DNA from: Bdellovibrionales bacterium
Lineage (GTDB): Bacteria > Bdellovibrionota > Bdellovibrionia > Bdellovibrionales > JAGQZY01
Reading direction: 5' to 3'
Length of the DNA stretch: 54,401 bases
NCBI GenBank assembly: GCA_043764415.1
Contig: JAYUKO010000155.1
Location: 1-54,401 of the forward strand
Made by a program: the position numbers and the translations under genes. Below the pieces are notes generated by a model. That model had not been told where the DNA came from and did no database searches. It saw nothing but the letters and a program-made list of their open reading frames with translations. Shown piece after piece: positions 46,030 through 54,401 of this stretch (position 1 is its first letter; every line of letters begins with the position of its first letter).

Positions 46030-46707
46030 ATGGTTTTTTCGTGGGCTCGCTGTAAAAAGTCATTGCAAAGTATTCCCGAACTTCTCGGTCATTTTGCACT
46101 ACCGCTCATCGGAATGCATCTTATCAACATGGGCTTTAATCAGGCCATGATTATTTTGCAAGAAATTCGCATGGAAGCAAAATCCGATAGCTTTATTCCG
46201 CAAATGTTTGCCGTGGCCATTGTCGGGTTTGTGATTCAATCGCTGTTTAAAGTCTTAGCGGTCTTGCTAATCAGCTATCATTTTTATCACAAGAGTCCCC
46301 TACCCGCTTTTTTAAAAAAACACACGGAGCTGGGTTTGATCGAATCCCTGCGCGCGTTTGCGCAAGCTGTCCTCTGGGGATTTCTATTTATTATCCCAGG
46401 AATCGTAAAAATGATTCGCTATCAGTTTGTGGTTTACATCGTTGCTTCCAGCAAAAGATACGAAACTGGTGAATTGGATGCTCTCGAAGCTTCAGAAAAG
46501 CTCACCCACGGACGTTTTTGGAGTTTAACGTCGCTGATTTTAATTCTTGCAACTGCTGCTTTCGCCCTCAGCACCAGCCAGTCGATTTTACAAGCGCCCA
46601 TGGAAGTTCTTGTTCTCGAAATTGTGGGCTTCTTTTTTCTCTGCTGGCAGGGGCTTTACCTTTTGTTTCTATTTCAAGATCTTCTGCAAAAACAGGAGCA
46701 ACGATGA
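46030..46707 (+). CDS. hypothetical integral membrane protein
   Basis: 225 aa with several hydrophobic helices. Its stop overlaps the murI start (ATGA). Confidence 0.55.
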   Translation: MVFSWARCKKSLQSIPELLGHFALPLIGMHLINMGFNQAMIILQEIRMEAKSDSFIPQMFAVAIVGFVIQSLFKVLAVLLISYHFYHKSPLPAFLKKHTELGLIESLRAFAQAVLWGFLFIIPGIVKMIRYQFVVYIVASSKRYETGELDALEASEKLTHGRFWSLTSLILILATAAFALSTSQSILQAPMEVLVLEIVGFFFLCWQGLYLLFLFQDLLQKQEQR

Positions 46708-47471
46708 TTGGGCTTTTTGATTCCGGCATTGGCGGCCTCACGGTTCTTTCCAGTCTTAAAAAGGCTTTGCCCAATGATTCGTTTATCTACTTGGGCGACA
46801 CCGCCCGCTTGCCCTACGGCACAAAGTCGCCGGAGACTATTCAACGTTATACCAAACAAAATATTCGTTTTTTAAAAAACCAAGGCGTGGATGTGGTTGT
46901 GTCGGCCTGTCACTCGGCCTCCAGCAGTATTTTGCAATACAACATCCAAGATGACATTCCGTTGTACAATGTGATTGCACCCTCTTGCGAAGAGGCAAAA
47001 TTAAAAACCAAATCGCGCAAAATCGGCTTGCTTGCAACTCAAGCCACCGTGGATGGTGGGCAATACCACAAACTCATCGCCGCGCCCTTCGAGCTTTACG
47101 CCCAGGCCAGCCCGTTGTTAGTTCCATTGGTGGAAAGCGGATGGATCGAAGATGTGATCACCGAGGCAGTCATTGCTCGCTACGTAAAGCCGTTGCTCGA
47201 TCAAAACGTTGACGTGATTATTTTAGGTTGCACGCACTTTCCGCTTTTAAAAAATATCATCCAAAAAATTGTAGGGCCTCATGTTGCTCTTGTAGATCCG
47301 GGTGATTCCCTCGCAGACCTTTTAAAAAAGTCTTCAATGCCAGTCACAACAGCGGAGCCGTTAAAAGTTTTTCTGACGGATCAGTCTCCGCACTTTATTC
47401 GCCTCGCAAAAACCTTGCTCAGCGATGCTTCGTTAAAAATAACGCAGGTAGATTTAACGCCTCTCAGCTGA
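46704..47471 (+). CDS. murI: glutamate racemase
   Basis: I start at ATG 46704 after aggag, giving MIGLFDSGIGGLTVL. Also YLGDTARLPYG, catalytic Cys regions VSACHSAS and LGCTHFP. The longer track ORF from 46518 is an out-of-context extension. Confidence 0.9.
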   Translation: MIGLFDSGIGGLTVLSSLKKALPNDSFIYLGDTARLPYGTKSPETIQRYTKQNIRFLKNQGVDVVVSACHSASSSILQYNIQDDIPLYNVIAPSCEEAKLKTKSRKIGLLATQATVDGGQYHKLIAAPFELYAQASPLLVPLVESGWIEDVITEAVIARYVKPLLDQNVDVIILGCTHFPLLKNIIQKIVGPHVALVDPGDSLADLLKKSSMPVTTAEPLKVFLTDQSPHFIRLAKTLLSDASLKITQVDLTPLS

Positions 47472-47503
47472 CATTAGGAATCCCAACTGCTAGGTTCCAA
47501 TGC

Positions 47504-48157
47504 ATGAGATCATTTATTTTCGGCCACACTCGACTCAACGTTCCCATTCCCGCATATCACTTTGGGCATAGCGGAACAAAAATCCTTATCCTCGGCGGCG
47601 TGCATGGCGACGAAATCGAAGGCGTGCAGGCCACCCACGGATTGCTCGGTGTTTTTTTAAAAAACTTTCCTTATTCATATCAAGCAACACTTGTGCCGTG
47701 CCTCAACATTGATGGCATGCATTTGAAGCAGCGAAAAAATGCTGCGGGTGTGGACCTCAACCGAAATCTACCAACTTCTGATTGGTCTGTACAGTTTACC
47801 AAGGAATCCTACTATCCCGGCACGCACTCCAACAGCGAGCCTGAAAATCAATGTTTGGTGGAATATATAAAATCCTACAAGCCGCATTTTATTTTAAGCA
47901 TGCACTCGTGGAATCCTATGCTGAACACCAATGGCGATTGCAAACGTTTTGCAAAAGCCGTATCGGCATTAACAGGCTATATCATCACCGACGACATAGG
48001 CTACCCAACGCCTGGTTCCCTTGGAACCTATGCCGGCATCGAACGAAATATTCCAACACTCACCTACGAAGTGGAACGCGGCCTTGATGGCCGGCAAATT
48101 AGCGCCATTCATGTGCCTGCTATTTTAGAAGGATTAAAAGTTTATGAACTCAACTGA
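47504..48157 (+). CDS. M14-family zinc carboxypeptidase/amidase (MpaA-like murein peptide amidase)
   Basis: 217 aa. GGVHGDEIEG (zinc HxxE), DLNRN, and SMHSW. Confidence 0.65.
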   Translation: MRSFIFGHTRLNVPIPAYHFGHSGTKILILGGVHGDEIEGVQATHGLLGVFLKNFPYSYQATLVPCLNIDGMHLKQRKNAAGVDLNRNLPTSDWSVQFTKESYYPGTHSNSEPENQCLVEYIKSYKPHFILSMHSWNPMLNTNGDCKRFAKAVSALTGYIITDDIGYPTPGSLGTYAGIERNIPTLTYEVERGLDGRQISAIHVPAILEGLKVYELN

Positions 48158-48992
48158 GTCACAAAAAACGGACCGACAAAACAATATCGAAGCGTTGTAT
48201 GCGCAAACCGAACCGCTCTCCGACGCGCAAAAGAGTATCGTTGAAACTTGCATCGAAGATTTGGATCAAGGTCGACTGTGTGTTGTTCAGAAAAATGTCG
48301 ACGCTAAAGCTTCAGAAGCATGGCTTGTAAACGAGTGGGTTAAGAAAGCCATTCTGCTTTACTTCCGCATTCGCAAGATCGAAAAGATCGAACACGGACC
48401 TTTTGATTACATTGATAAAATCCCCGTTAAACGCTGGTCTGGCACCGAAGGCGTGCGCGTTGTTCCCCATGCCATCGTTCGCCGGGGAGCCTATGTGGAA
48501 AGCGGTGCAGTGCTGATGCCAAGTTACGTAAACATCGGCGCGCGCGTGGGTGCGGGCTCCATGATCGACACCTGGGCCACTGTGGGCTCCTGTGGTTACG
48601 TTGGCAAACACGTGCATGTGTCGGGCGGCGTGGGTATTGGCGGAGTGCTCGAACCTCTGCAAGCCAAACCTGTCATCGTCGAAGACAATGCATTTCTGGG
48701 CAGTCGCTGTATTTTGGTGGAAGGCGTGCATGTGTCTAAGGGCGCAGTACTCGGCGCTGGTGTCACCATCACTGGCAGCACAAAAATTATCGATGTGTCC
48801 GCTAGCCAAACACAAACCTATTCTGGCTTTGTTCCCGAAAACTCCGTTGTGATTCCTGGCACCATTGATAAAACCTTTCCCGGCGGAACCTACGGTGTTC
48901 CCTGCGCGTTGATTATCGGCAAGAGAAAACCCAGTACCGATCTTAAAACGTCTTTGAACGATGCTCTTCGCACTTTCGATGTATCGGTTTAG
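48144..48992 (+). CDS. dapD: 2,3,4,5-tetrahydropyridine-2,6-dicarboxylate N-succinyltransferase
   Basis: 282 aa. Long collinear similarity to DapD as I remember the E. coli sequence: VLMPSYVNIGA.V..G.M.DTWATVGSC..(I/V)GK.VH.SGGVGIGGVLEPLQA.P.I.ED. Confidence 0.95.
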   Translation: MNSTESQKTDRQNNIEALYAQTEPLSDAQKSIVETCIEDLDQGRLCVVQKNVDAKASEAWLVNEWVKKAILLYFRIRKIEKIEHGPFDYIDKIPVKRWSGTEGVRVVPHAIVRRGAYVESGAVLMPSYVNIGARVGAGSMIDTWATVGSCGYVGKHVHVSGGVGIGGVLEPLQAKPVIVEDNAFLGSRCILVEGVHVSKGAVLGAGVTITGSTKIIDVSASQTQTYSGFVPENSVVIPGTIDKTFPGGTYGVPCALIIGKRKPSTDLKTSLNDALRTFDVSV

Positions 48993-48994
48993 CC

Positions 48995-49477
48995 ATGCCA
49001 TATGCTTTATTTTTAAAAAAACAGAATTTTAAATTTTCTTCTTCGCACTTTACAATTTTTAGTGACTCGCAAGCCGAGTTTTTGCACGGTCACAATTATC
49101 AGGTGGCGGTAAAAATTCAATTGGAGGATGTGGACAAAAAAACCGAAATGGCCGTGGACTTTAACATTGTTAAAAAAGCCGTGCGCTCCCTCTGTGACGA
49201 GATGGACGAAAAAATCCTGCTGCCAAAAAACTCCACGTTCTTAAAAATTAGCGAAAGCCCGCATTACAAAAAACACACCGAGGTGCGCTTTCAAGACCGC
49301 ATTTATTGTTTTCCAAGCAACGAGATTTTTTATGTGGACGCTAACAACGTCACATCGGAGTCCCTGGCGCGCTTTATTCATCAGCAGCTTGCAAAAGGTC
49401 TTAGCTTCAAAACCTTCTCAGTCACCGTCTATGAAACCGCTGGCCAAGCCGCTAGCTACCAGTCACTACCAACGTGA
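48995..49477 (+). CDS. queD: 6-carboxytetrahydropterin synthase / 6-pyruvoyl-tetrahydropterin synthase family
   Basis: 160 aa. FKFSSSHF and LHGHNY zinc-binding motifs. Confidence 0.75.
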   Translation: MPYALFLKKQNFKFSSSHFTIFSDSQAEFLHGHNYQVAVKIQLEDVDKKTEMAVDFNIVKKAVRSLCDEMDEKILLPKNSTFLKISESPHYKKHTEVRFQDRIYCFPSNEIFYVDANNVTSESLARFIHQQLAKGLSFKTFSVTVYETAGQAASYQSLPT

Positions 49478-49497
49478 GACCCTCATGGATCTCACGT
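49472..49497. terminator. hairpin between convergent genes (weak terminator candidate; no U-tract)
   Basis: ACGTGAGA-10 nt-TCTCACGT. It overlaps the queD stop codon. Confidence 0.3.
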
Positions 49498-49515
49498 GTA
49501 CAATCGCTTAAAAAA

Positions 49516-50118
49516 TTACGGAAGTGTCACCTGAGCTGCAGGATCTAAAGGCTGTTGCATTTCGACGCTGTCTTGACCCCAGAGGCGACCAAATAATTCT
49601 TTGCGAATTAAAAGTTCCACGCGGCTGGCGCGTGTGCAAAGTGCTGAATCTTGGCGCATTTTTTCTGCCACCACGCGCGAAGACTCGTAGGCGCCGCTCA
49701 CGTCATTCCAAGCCTGGTCTGTGTCGCCAGAGAGAGCCAAAAATAGATACTGAACAGTGTCGATCACTAGCGCACCGGCTCCACCAAGAGCACCTTGAGC
49801 CGCATCACCCATTGGGGTGTTGTTGGACAAGCTTTGGTAATCGGCGTCCACTGTGTTTGCTAGAATTTCAGAAAGTAAATTTCCAACCGGCAATGTGTCG
49901 GCGGCCATGGCAGCGAGCACTGTGGTTTCCGACACGCCACAGATCACAACAGCGGATGTCACATGCTGCGCCCAGTAGAGTGTGAGCAATCCCGAATTCA
50001 TTTCCGGCGCGTCTTTTGTCCAAGTGGTAAGTTCCACTTCCCAAGGCTCAAGCTCTTGAGCGTTTGAGCTCGAAACAAAACCAAACATCGCTAGACTTAC
50101 AATTATGTACTTTATCAT
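49516..50118 (-). CDS. secreted hypothetical protein
   Basis: 200 aa. RBS gagggga. Signal peptide MIKYIIVSLAMFGFVSSSNA|Q. Confidence 0.55.
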   Translation of the reverse strand: MIKYIIVSLAMFGFVSSSNAQELEPWEVELTTWTKDAPEMNSGLLTLYWAQHVTSAVVICGVSETTVLAAMAADTLPVGNLLSEILANTVDADYQSLSNNTPMGDAAQGALGGAGALVIDTVQYLFLALSGDTDQAWNDVSGAYESSRVVAEKMRQDSALCTRASRVELLIRKELFGRLWGQDSVEMQQPLDPAAQVTLP

Positions 50119-50331
50119 AGGAGTATCCCCTCGTTAGTGTTGAAGGGGTACTATTCGGTTTAGACTTCGAAAAGACACTTAAAAAAAATCGAACTATAAA
50201 TTATTCATCTAAAAAAGAATTATGCTGCGGCGATCTCCTCACTATTTTACAAACTTTACATCTAGTCTTTCATTTAACTCCAAAAAGTTCTCAACTTCGG
50301 CAAGTCTCTCCGGAATCAGGGGGATTATCCA

Positions 50332-50724
50332 ATGTTTAAAATAAATTTATTCGTGTTTGTTTTTCTAGGTACTTTCACAATGTATAAAACGTCTTTGGCT
50401 GAAATCCATCTTTCAGGTTCTAAGGATTTTGGACTCTTTCCCACCGAAAAAGAAGATTCAAAGAAAAAGCACCTACTTCCAGCTTGTGATGATCCTAAGT
50501 ATGCGAAGGAAGCCAAAACTGGGTATTGCCTTGGTTCAGTACTTCCAGAGGAAACATTCGGCATCTCTTTGGATGGAGAATGGATTTACGAGGAATACAT
50601 CATACGCATTATTAAGCGAAATCCAGCTCTTGTTGGCTTTGCGGAATTTTTAGAGATCTGTCGTCCACGAGGTGGGATTCTGAGCCCAGATAAAATGTCT
50701 TGCGAATACACGATCTGGTTTTAG
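50332..50724 (+). CDS. secreted hypothetical protein
   Basis: 130 aa. RBS ggggga. Signal-like N-terminus MFKINLFVFVFLGTFTMYKTSLA. Confidence 0.5.
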   Translation: MFKINLFVFVFLGTFTMYKTSLAEIHLSGSKDFGLFPTEKEDSKKKHLLPACDDPKYAKEAKTGYCLGSVLPEETFGISLDGEWIYEEYIIRIIKRNPALVGFAEFLEICRPRGGILSPDKMSCEYTIWF

Positions 50725-50760
50725 AATCCGCTATAACTAAAAATTATGGCTATCGACGTC

Positions 50761-50842
50761 GCATCCGTGGGCGACGTAACAGTGGCGCCTGAGTCAAATT
50801 CCTTTTCCTCTGGAAAAAACTCAAGACGCGCACGGTTCTGAT
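50761..50842 (-). pseudogene. 82-nt remnant homologous to the 3' part of the 152-aa gene at 52751-53209
   Basis: Aligns by eye to 52816-52897 at about 80% identity (about 12 mismatches plus 4 indel nt). The indels break the frame. The ends still read IR.VR... and ...RP.M as in the intact gene. Confidence 0.5.
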
Positions 50843-50846
50843 GTTT

Positions 50847-52490
50847 TTAGTTCGTATATCCACCAAACTCATTCGTACGACACTGATTAAAATCAGATAC
50901 TGGATCATTGATTGATCTTCGCACCTTTGGGTGACAGTCAATCCAGTTTTTCTTGGCCTTGTTAAATAGATCGACCGCAGCTTGCCCTTTGATCACTGTA
51001 AAACAAGATGGAATTGTTCCAACGTCTGATGGAATTGTGCGATCAGACATCCATAAGAAAAGATTATTTCCGCAAGCAGACATATCTTTCCATGTATTGA
51101 GCCAATTTGTACTCGACAGAGAAACACCAGAGCCCGGATCAACAGCAAGAACCGTGTTGTGAACGCTACTCTTTGGTGCCCCAGAACTTGTTGTCTTAAA
51201 AAGAGCACCAAATTCAAGATTCCCTTCGTAAATATGACTTCTAATCCGAATCACCGAGCCAGATACTTGAATCACCTTTGATGAAGAGTCGGGAACGCTC
51301 GAACTGCTTGACGGACGAATACTTATACCTTGAAAAGATCCATCTACCAGGTTGTCGATAAAATTTAAATTTGAACGGTAATCATTCTCAACAAAGTCAT
51401 CTCGTACGCCGGAGAGCCAAGAATTCTTCACGGTTAAGTTGTCTGATCCCTCACCTTGTCTAATAGCATCCCAAGAACTTGTGATACGAACACCGTCGAC
51501 AGTTCCATTGATCGCACTTTCTCTAAATGCAATGGCAGCACTGTTACAATAGGTCGCACGCCATTCTGTTTCTTGTGGAACCTGACCAGTCATAAATACG
51601 CCGGCGATTCCTACATAATCCGCACCGCCTCTAATTTGAATTGGATAGAGATTGGTCGGCAGTGACCCGTTATTGCAATCATTAGCGAGAGTCGGGAAAG
51701 AGTTTTTACTATTTGCGACAATGAAATTAGCTTCGCGCATATCTATGGCAAGAGCTTTACCATCGGCCGAAACCGAGTGGCTCACTGGACTGTAGTTGTA
51801 GTTTCCACTCAATTTGATAACAGTAACACCGTTTAACAAAATTGAATGAGTGTCGTCATTATATGCGGTGGGCGTCGTTGGTATCGTAGGCGTCGAAGGC
51901 TCAGTCGGTGTAATGGGCGTAGCAGGCTCAGTTGGCGTCGTTACCTCTGAGCTCGTTACAACGATTAACAATGGACGTCTTGTTGTATAGCTAGATTCTC
52001 GTGATCCACTATCCATTCCATCGCTAGAATCTGGTCTCAGAATAAAGCTAAACACACCGTTCCCTTTAACGACACTAGAAACATCAAAATCCACATACTT
52101 GCTTGAGCTCACCGTTGAAACATCATAAAGAACCTGACTCAGGATTGCAGGACGAGTCGCGTATGTGACGGTCGTTTCTATCCAGTTCGCATCCGTTTGA
52201 TAAACTTTTGGTCCATTCTTAGAACCATTAGTTACATAGAGACGTACTTTCGCAGAAGTAATATTTCCCGCAATTTCTGATACTGAAAACTTTAATAAGG
52301 CTTCAATATTGCTATCCACCTCTATTTCTGAAGATCTTCCATAATTTGAGGATGCCGAACTCGATTTTATTGTTGCATCATGAGTTGACGAAAATTCTTT
52401 CGTGACTTGGCCAAACGCACCAAATGGCATAATGAGCAGACTCAATATGAAACATATTGTGAGACATTTTTTATACTTGATTGAATACAT
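50847..52490 (-). CDS. secreted CBM96/DNRLRE-domain protein with a PT linker and a beta-helix-like C-terminal domain (putative polysaccharide lyase/hydrolase)
   Basis: 547 aa. RBS aggggg. Signal peptide ..LSLLIMPFGAFG|Q. DNRLRE-type region: HDATIKSSSASSNYGRSSEIEVDS..ALLKFSVS..ITSAKVRLYV...ANWIETTVTYATRP. Linker: PTEPATPITPTEPSTPTIPTTPT. The C-terminal part has repetitive N/D/G-rich rungs. Confidence 0.65.
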   Translation of the reverse strand: MYSIKYKKCLTICFILSLLIMPFGAFGQVTKEFSSTHDATIKSSSASSNYGRSSEIEVDSNIEALLKFSVSEIAGNITSAKVRLYVTNGSKNGPKVYQTDANWIETTVTYATRPAILSQVLYDVSTVSSSKYVDFDVSSVVKGNGVFSFILRPDSSDGMDSGSRESSYTTRRPLLIVVTSSEVTTPTEPATPITPTEPSTPTIPTTPTAYNDDTHSILLNGVTVIKLSGNYNYSPVSHSVSADGKALAIDMREANFIVANSKNSFPTLANDCNNGSLPTNLYPIQIRGGADYVGIAGVFMTGQVPQETEWRATYCNSAAIAFRESAINGTVDGVRITSSWDAIRQGEGSDNLTVKNSWLSGVRDDFVENDYRSNLNFIDNLVDGSFQGISIRPSSSSSVPDSSSKVIQVSGSVIRIRSHIYEGNLEFGALFKTTSSGAPKSSVHNTVLAVDPGSGVSLSSTNWLNTWKDMSACGNNLFLWMSDRTIPSDVGTIPSCFTVIKGQAAVDLFNKAKKNWIDCHPKVRRSINDPVSDFNQCRTNEFGGYTN

Positions 52491-52750
52491 AATTACCCCC
52501 TACGTACCTGTGTAAGTAAATTAACATGCAAAAGAATGGCCATCAGGAAACCGTCTTTATTTACTTCAAATCTCAATCAACACACTTTTAGATTGCGTGA
52601 TATGACAAAATATTTTTCATCGCAGTAAAGTTTGACGTCTGTTTTTGAGATTAAACTATTGGAGTTACCGAGAAATTTTGAATTTATATCTGTGACAACC
52701 TGAGACTACTGTCTCATGCGAAGGCTATGACATCATTCGATGTTTGAGGA

Positions 52751-53209
52751 CTAAAATAAAAAAGTAATCCCTAAGAATTTCCAAAAAATGGTGTTTCCGG
52801 CATTCCATATGGGAAGCATCCACGGGCGCACGTAAGAGTGAAGCTTGAGTCGGATGCCTTTTTCCTCGCGAAAAAACTCAAGACGCACGGGTCTGATCAG
52901 GCGAAAACTCAGCACGTAGGAGCCGTAAAAGTACTGCAGATCGCGGTAATCCTTTTGAACTTTGCCAATGATGCCGTGAACGCTAAGGCCGGGTCCGTGA
53001 TGAATATTGAGTTCGCCTTCTTGGAAGGGCCCCTCTTGCGACGGAGAATCAAATTCAACACGGTAAGGAAAAACTTGGCCTTTCACAAAGCTTTCGCGCA
53101 AATTGAGGCCTTGCCAGATCGCATCGATTTTTACTGCGCGAACAGGAAAAAATCGTTCAAAAACATGTTCTTGCATAAAGGCAGGGCATTTGGATTGATG
53201 TTTAGACAT
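52751..53209 (-). CDS. hypothetical protein
   Basis: 152-aa ORF with no motif I recognise. It is the source family of the remnant at 50761-50842. Confidence 0.5.
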   Translation of the reverse strand: MSKHQSKCPAFMQEHVFERFFPVRAVKIDAIWQGLNLRESFVKGQVFPYRVEFDSPSQEGPFQEGELNIHHGPGLSVHGIIGKVQKDYRDLQYFYGSYVLSFRLIRPVRLEFFREEKGIRLKLHSYVRPWMLPIWNAGNTIFWKFLGITFLF

Positions 53210-53426
53210 CTAGCCACTGTCGCTCAGCTTCTCGTCGAGATCAACTCAATTTGATCATCTCTGAACCGTCGTTGAAGGCCCTAACCCACGCCCATTACTT
53301 TGGCGATCAAAATTTTCTCTCGCTCGTCCAAAAACAACTCGCATTATTTTTATCTCTTGCTCAGGTCCGCCGTACTGTCTCCTCCGGCAGTCGTGATTGG
53401 CAGGATTCCTGCTTAAGCAATTTTGC

Positions 53427-54401
53427 ATGCGGCGGTCTTTGTTCGTTCTTACTTTCTTTTTTGTAGGCCTTCTAGAAGCTCGAGCCGAGCTGTCCTGTTT
53501 TCAGATTTTCGCAGCAAATCCCAAATTAACAGCTTTTTCTTTTTTTCAGCCATTCAAAATTGCCCCTCTAGCTCAGAGGGTGGACTATCGCGACAACTTT
53601 AATCCTGAGTCCCTCGATCCGACTTTGGACAAACTGGTGTTCAGCCGCAATGATATCCAACTTCTTCAGGAATTTGAGCTTCCCATGCATCGCATGCGGA
53701 GCGAAGATCGCTGGGTGGAGACCGATTATGGCTATGCCTTGATGACTGTGAACGAGCTGAGAGACTGGACCCTACTCGCTCGAATCATTAGGGATCCCGA
53801 GGCGTCTAAACGGTTTATCGAGAACATCGCCAAGCGTGACGATGTTTACCCCGGCGGTATTACCCGCGAGTCTGCCGACTGGATTAGATGGTCTGTTTTT
53901 GTCAATGAGCTTGCTGTTCAGCGAGCCGTAAACAGACTCAACCCGCGAGAGAATGATCTGACCAACTATCAAAAGTTTAAAATTTATCTTAACCATGAAT
54001 ATAGCAAACTAGTTCGTAAAAATGAAAAGCTAATGTTTCCTTTAGGAATAGATATGTATTTAGCAAACTACGAGATCAGTCTGAAAGATGCCTCTGTAGT
54101 TTTGGCCACACTTGCAAGATTCTATCTTTTAAACCACCTCTATGTGAAGAGTCCCAATCAAAGCTATTATCGTTTGCTTGCAGAGTATCTTGATAAAGAC
54201 ACCTTGATGTTGATGAGCCGCATCCCAGAACTGTTACCGTCCCATCCTGCTTTTGAAGCTGGACATTTTTCTATCGACAAAGAATCTATTCGTATCGGTC
54301 ACGACGATCATTATAAAATAGCCTCCAGACTGTTTTTTAAGGCCTCTGTGCGATCTGCTGTGCAATATGAAGTGCATTTTGTTGCACAAGCTAAGGCCAA
54401 A
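53427..54401 (+). CDS. hypothetical secreted protein; 3' end runs off the right edge
   Basis: Not in the track because there is no stop in the window. The frame is open from the TGA at 53394-53396 to 54401. ATG 53427 gives MRRSLFVLTFFFVGLLEARA, which is signal-like, followed by 300+ helical-looking residues with no motif. Confidence 0.5.
   Translation, partial: MRRSLFVLTFFFVGLLEARAELSCFQIFAANPKLTAFSFFQPFKIAPLAQRVDYRDNFNPESLDPTLDKLVFSRNDIQLLQEFELPMHRMRSEDRWVETDYGYALMTVNELRDWTLLARIIRDPEASKRFIENIAKRDDVYPGGITRESADWIRWSVFVNELAVQRAVNRLNPRENDLTNYQKFKIYLNHEYSKLVRKNEKLMFPLGIDMYLANYEISLKDASVVLATLARFYLLNHLYVKSPNQSYYRLLAEYLDKDTLMLMSRIPELLPSHPAFEAGHFSIDKESIRIGHDDHYKIASRLFFKASVRSAVQYEVHFVAQAKAK

Noticed and set aside
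46518-46703. A longer murI start at 46518 (317-aa ORF)
   Set aside because: The extension lies inside the upstream membrane-protein gene in another frame. MIGLFDSGIGG at ATG 46704 is the canonical MurI N-terminus and has an aggag RBS.
48312-49001. A 229-aa ORF antisense to dapD
   Set aside because: This is a typical antisense artefact of hexapeptide-repeat genes. dapD on the + strand matches the family over its whole length.
50756-50777. Hairpin ACGTCGC-8 nt-GCGACGT as a terminator for the convergent genes at 50724/50847
   Set aside because: The stem is short and there is no adjacent U-tract on either strand. It may still act weakly, but I cannot support calling it a terminator.

Overview
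This is a 54.4-kb chromosomal window with about 45 protein genes and one tRNA, tightly packed, with many overlapping or translationally coupled junctions. Housekeeping genes (cca, queG, cdd, sppA, hemH, rlmI-like, murI, dapD, queD) alternate with blocks rich in envelope and secreted proteins. From left to right the window contains:
- An eptA-like phosphoethanolamine transferase followed by two PAP2 phosphatases, divergent from an OmpR/histidine-kinase pair.
- An 8.6-kb gene for a roughly 2,850-aa highly repetitive fibre/adhesin built from phage-tail-fibre-like modules, translationally coupled to a LamG-domain protein.
- An M23 peptidase.
- An oversized RavA/ViaA-like MoxR AAA+ and vWA gene pair in which both products begin with signal-peptide-like segments. 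This is my best candidate for an undescribed system.
- A stand-alone AP2-domain protein on a histidine-free HNH-like scaffold.
- A run of lipoprotein hydrolases, including two PHB-depolymerase-type esterases.
- A 1,122-aa beta-propeller lipoprotein.
- tRNA(CAT).
- A RAYT (REP-associated Y1 transposase) bracketed by perfect 26-bp inverted repeats with subterminal hairpins.
- A peptidoglycan-precursor cluster (murI, an M14 amidase, dapD).
- A CBM96/DNRLRE plus beta-helix secreted protein bracketed by an approximately 80%-identical 82-nt gene-remnant repeat.

The secretome bias, the recurrent FQNC/LNC lipoboxes and the GIGT-type fibre modules suggest a Bdellovibrio-like predatory lineage. That is inference only. 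No rRNA, CRISPR array, integrase or prophage structural module was seen. All domain calls come from motifs read by eye. No database search was run.
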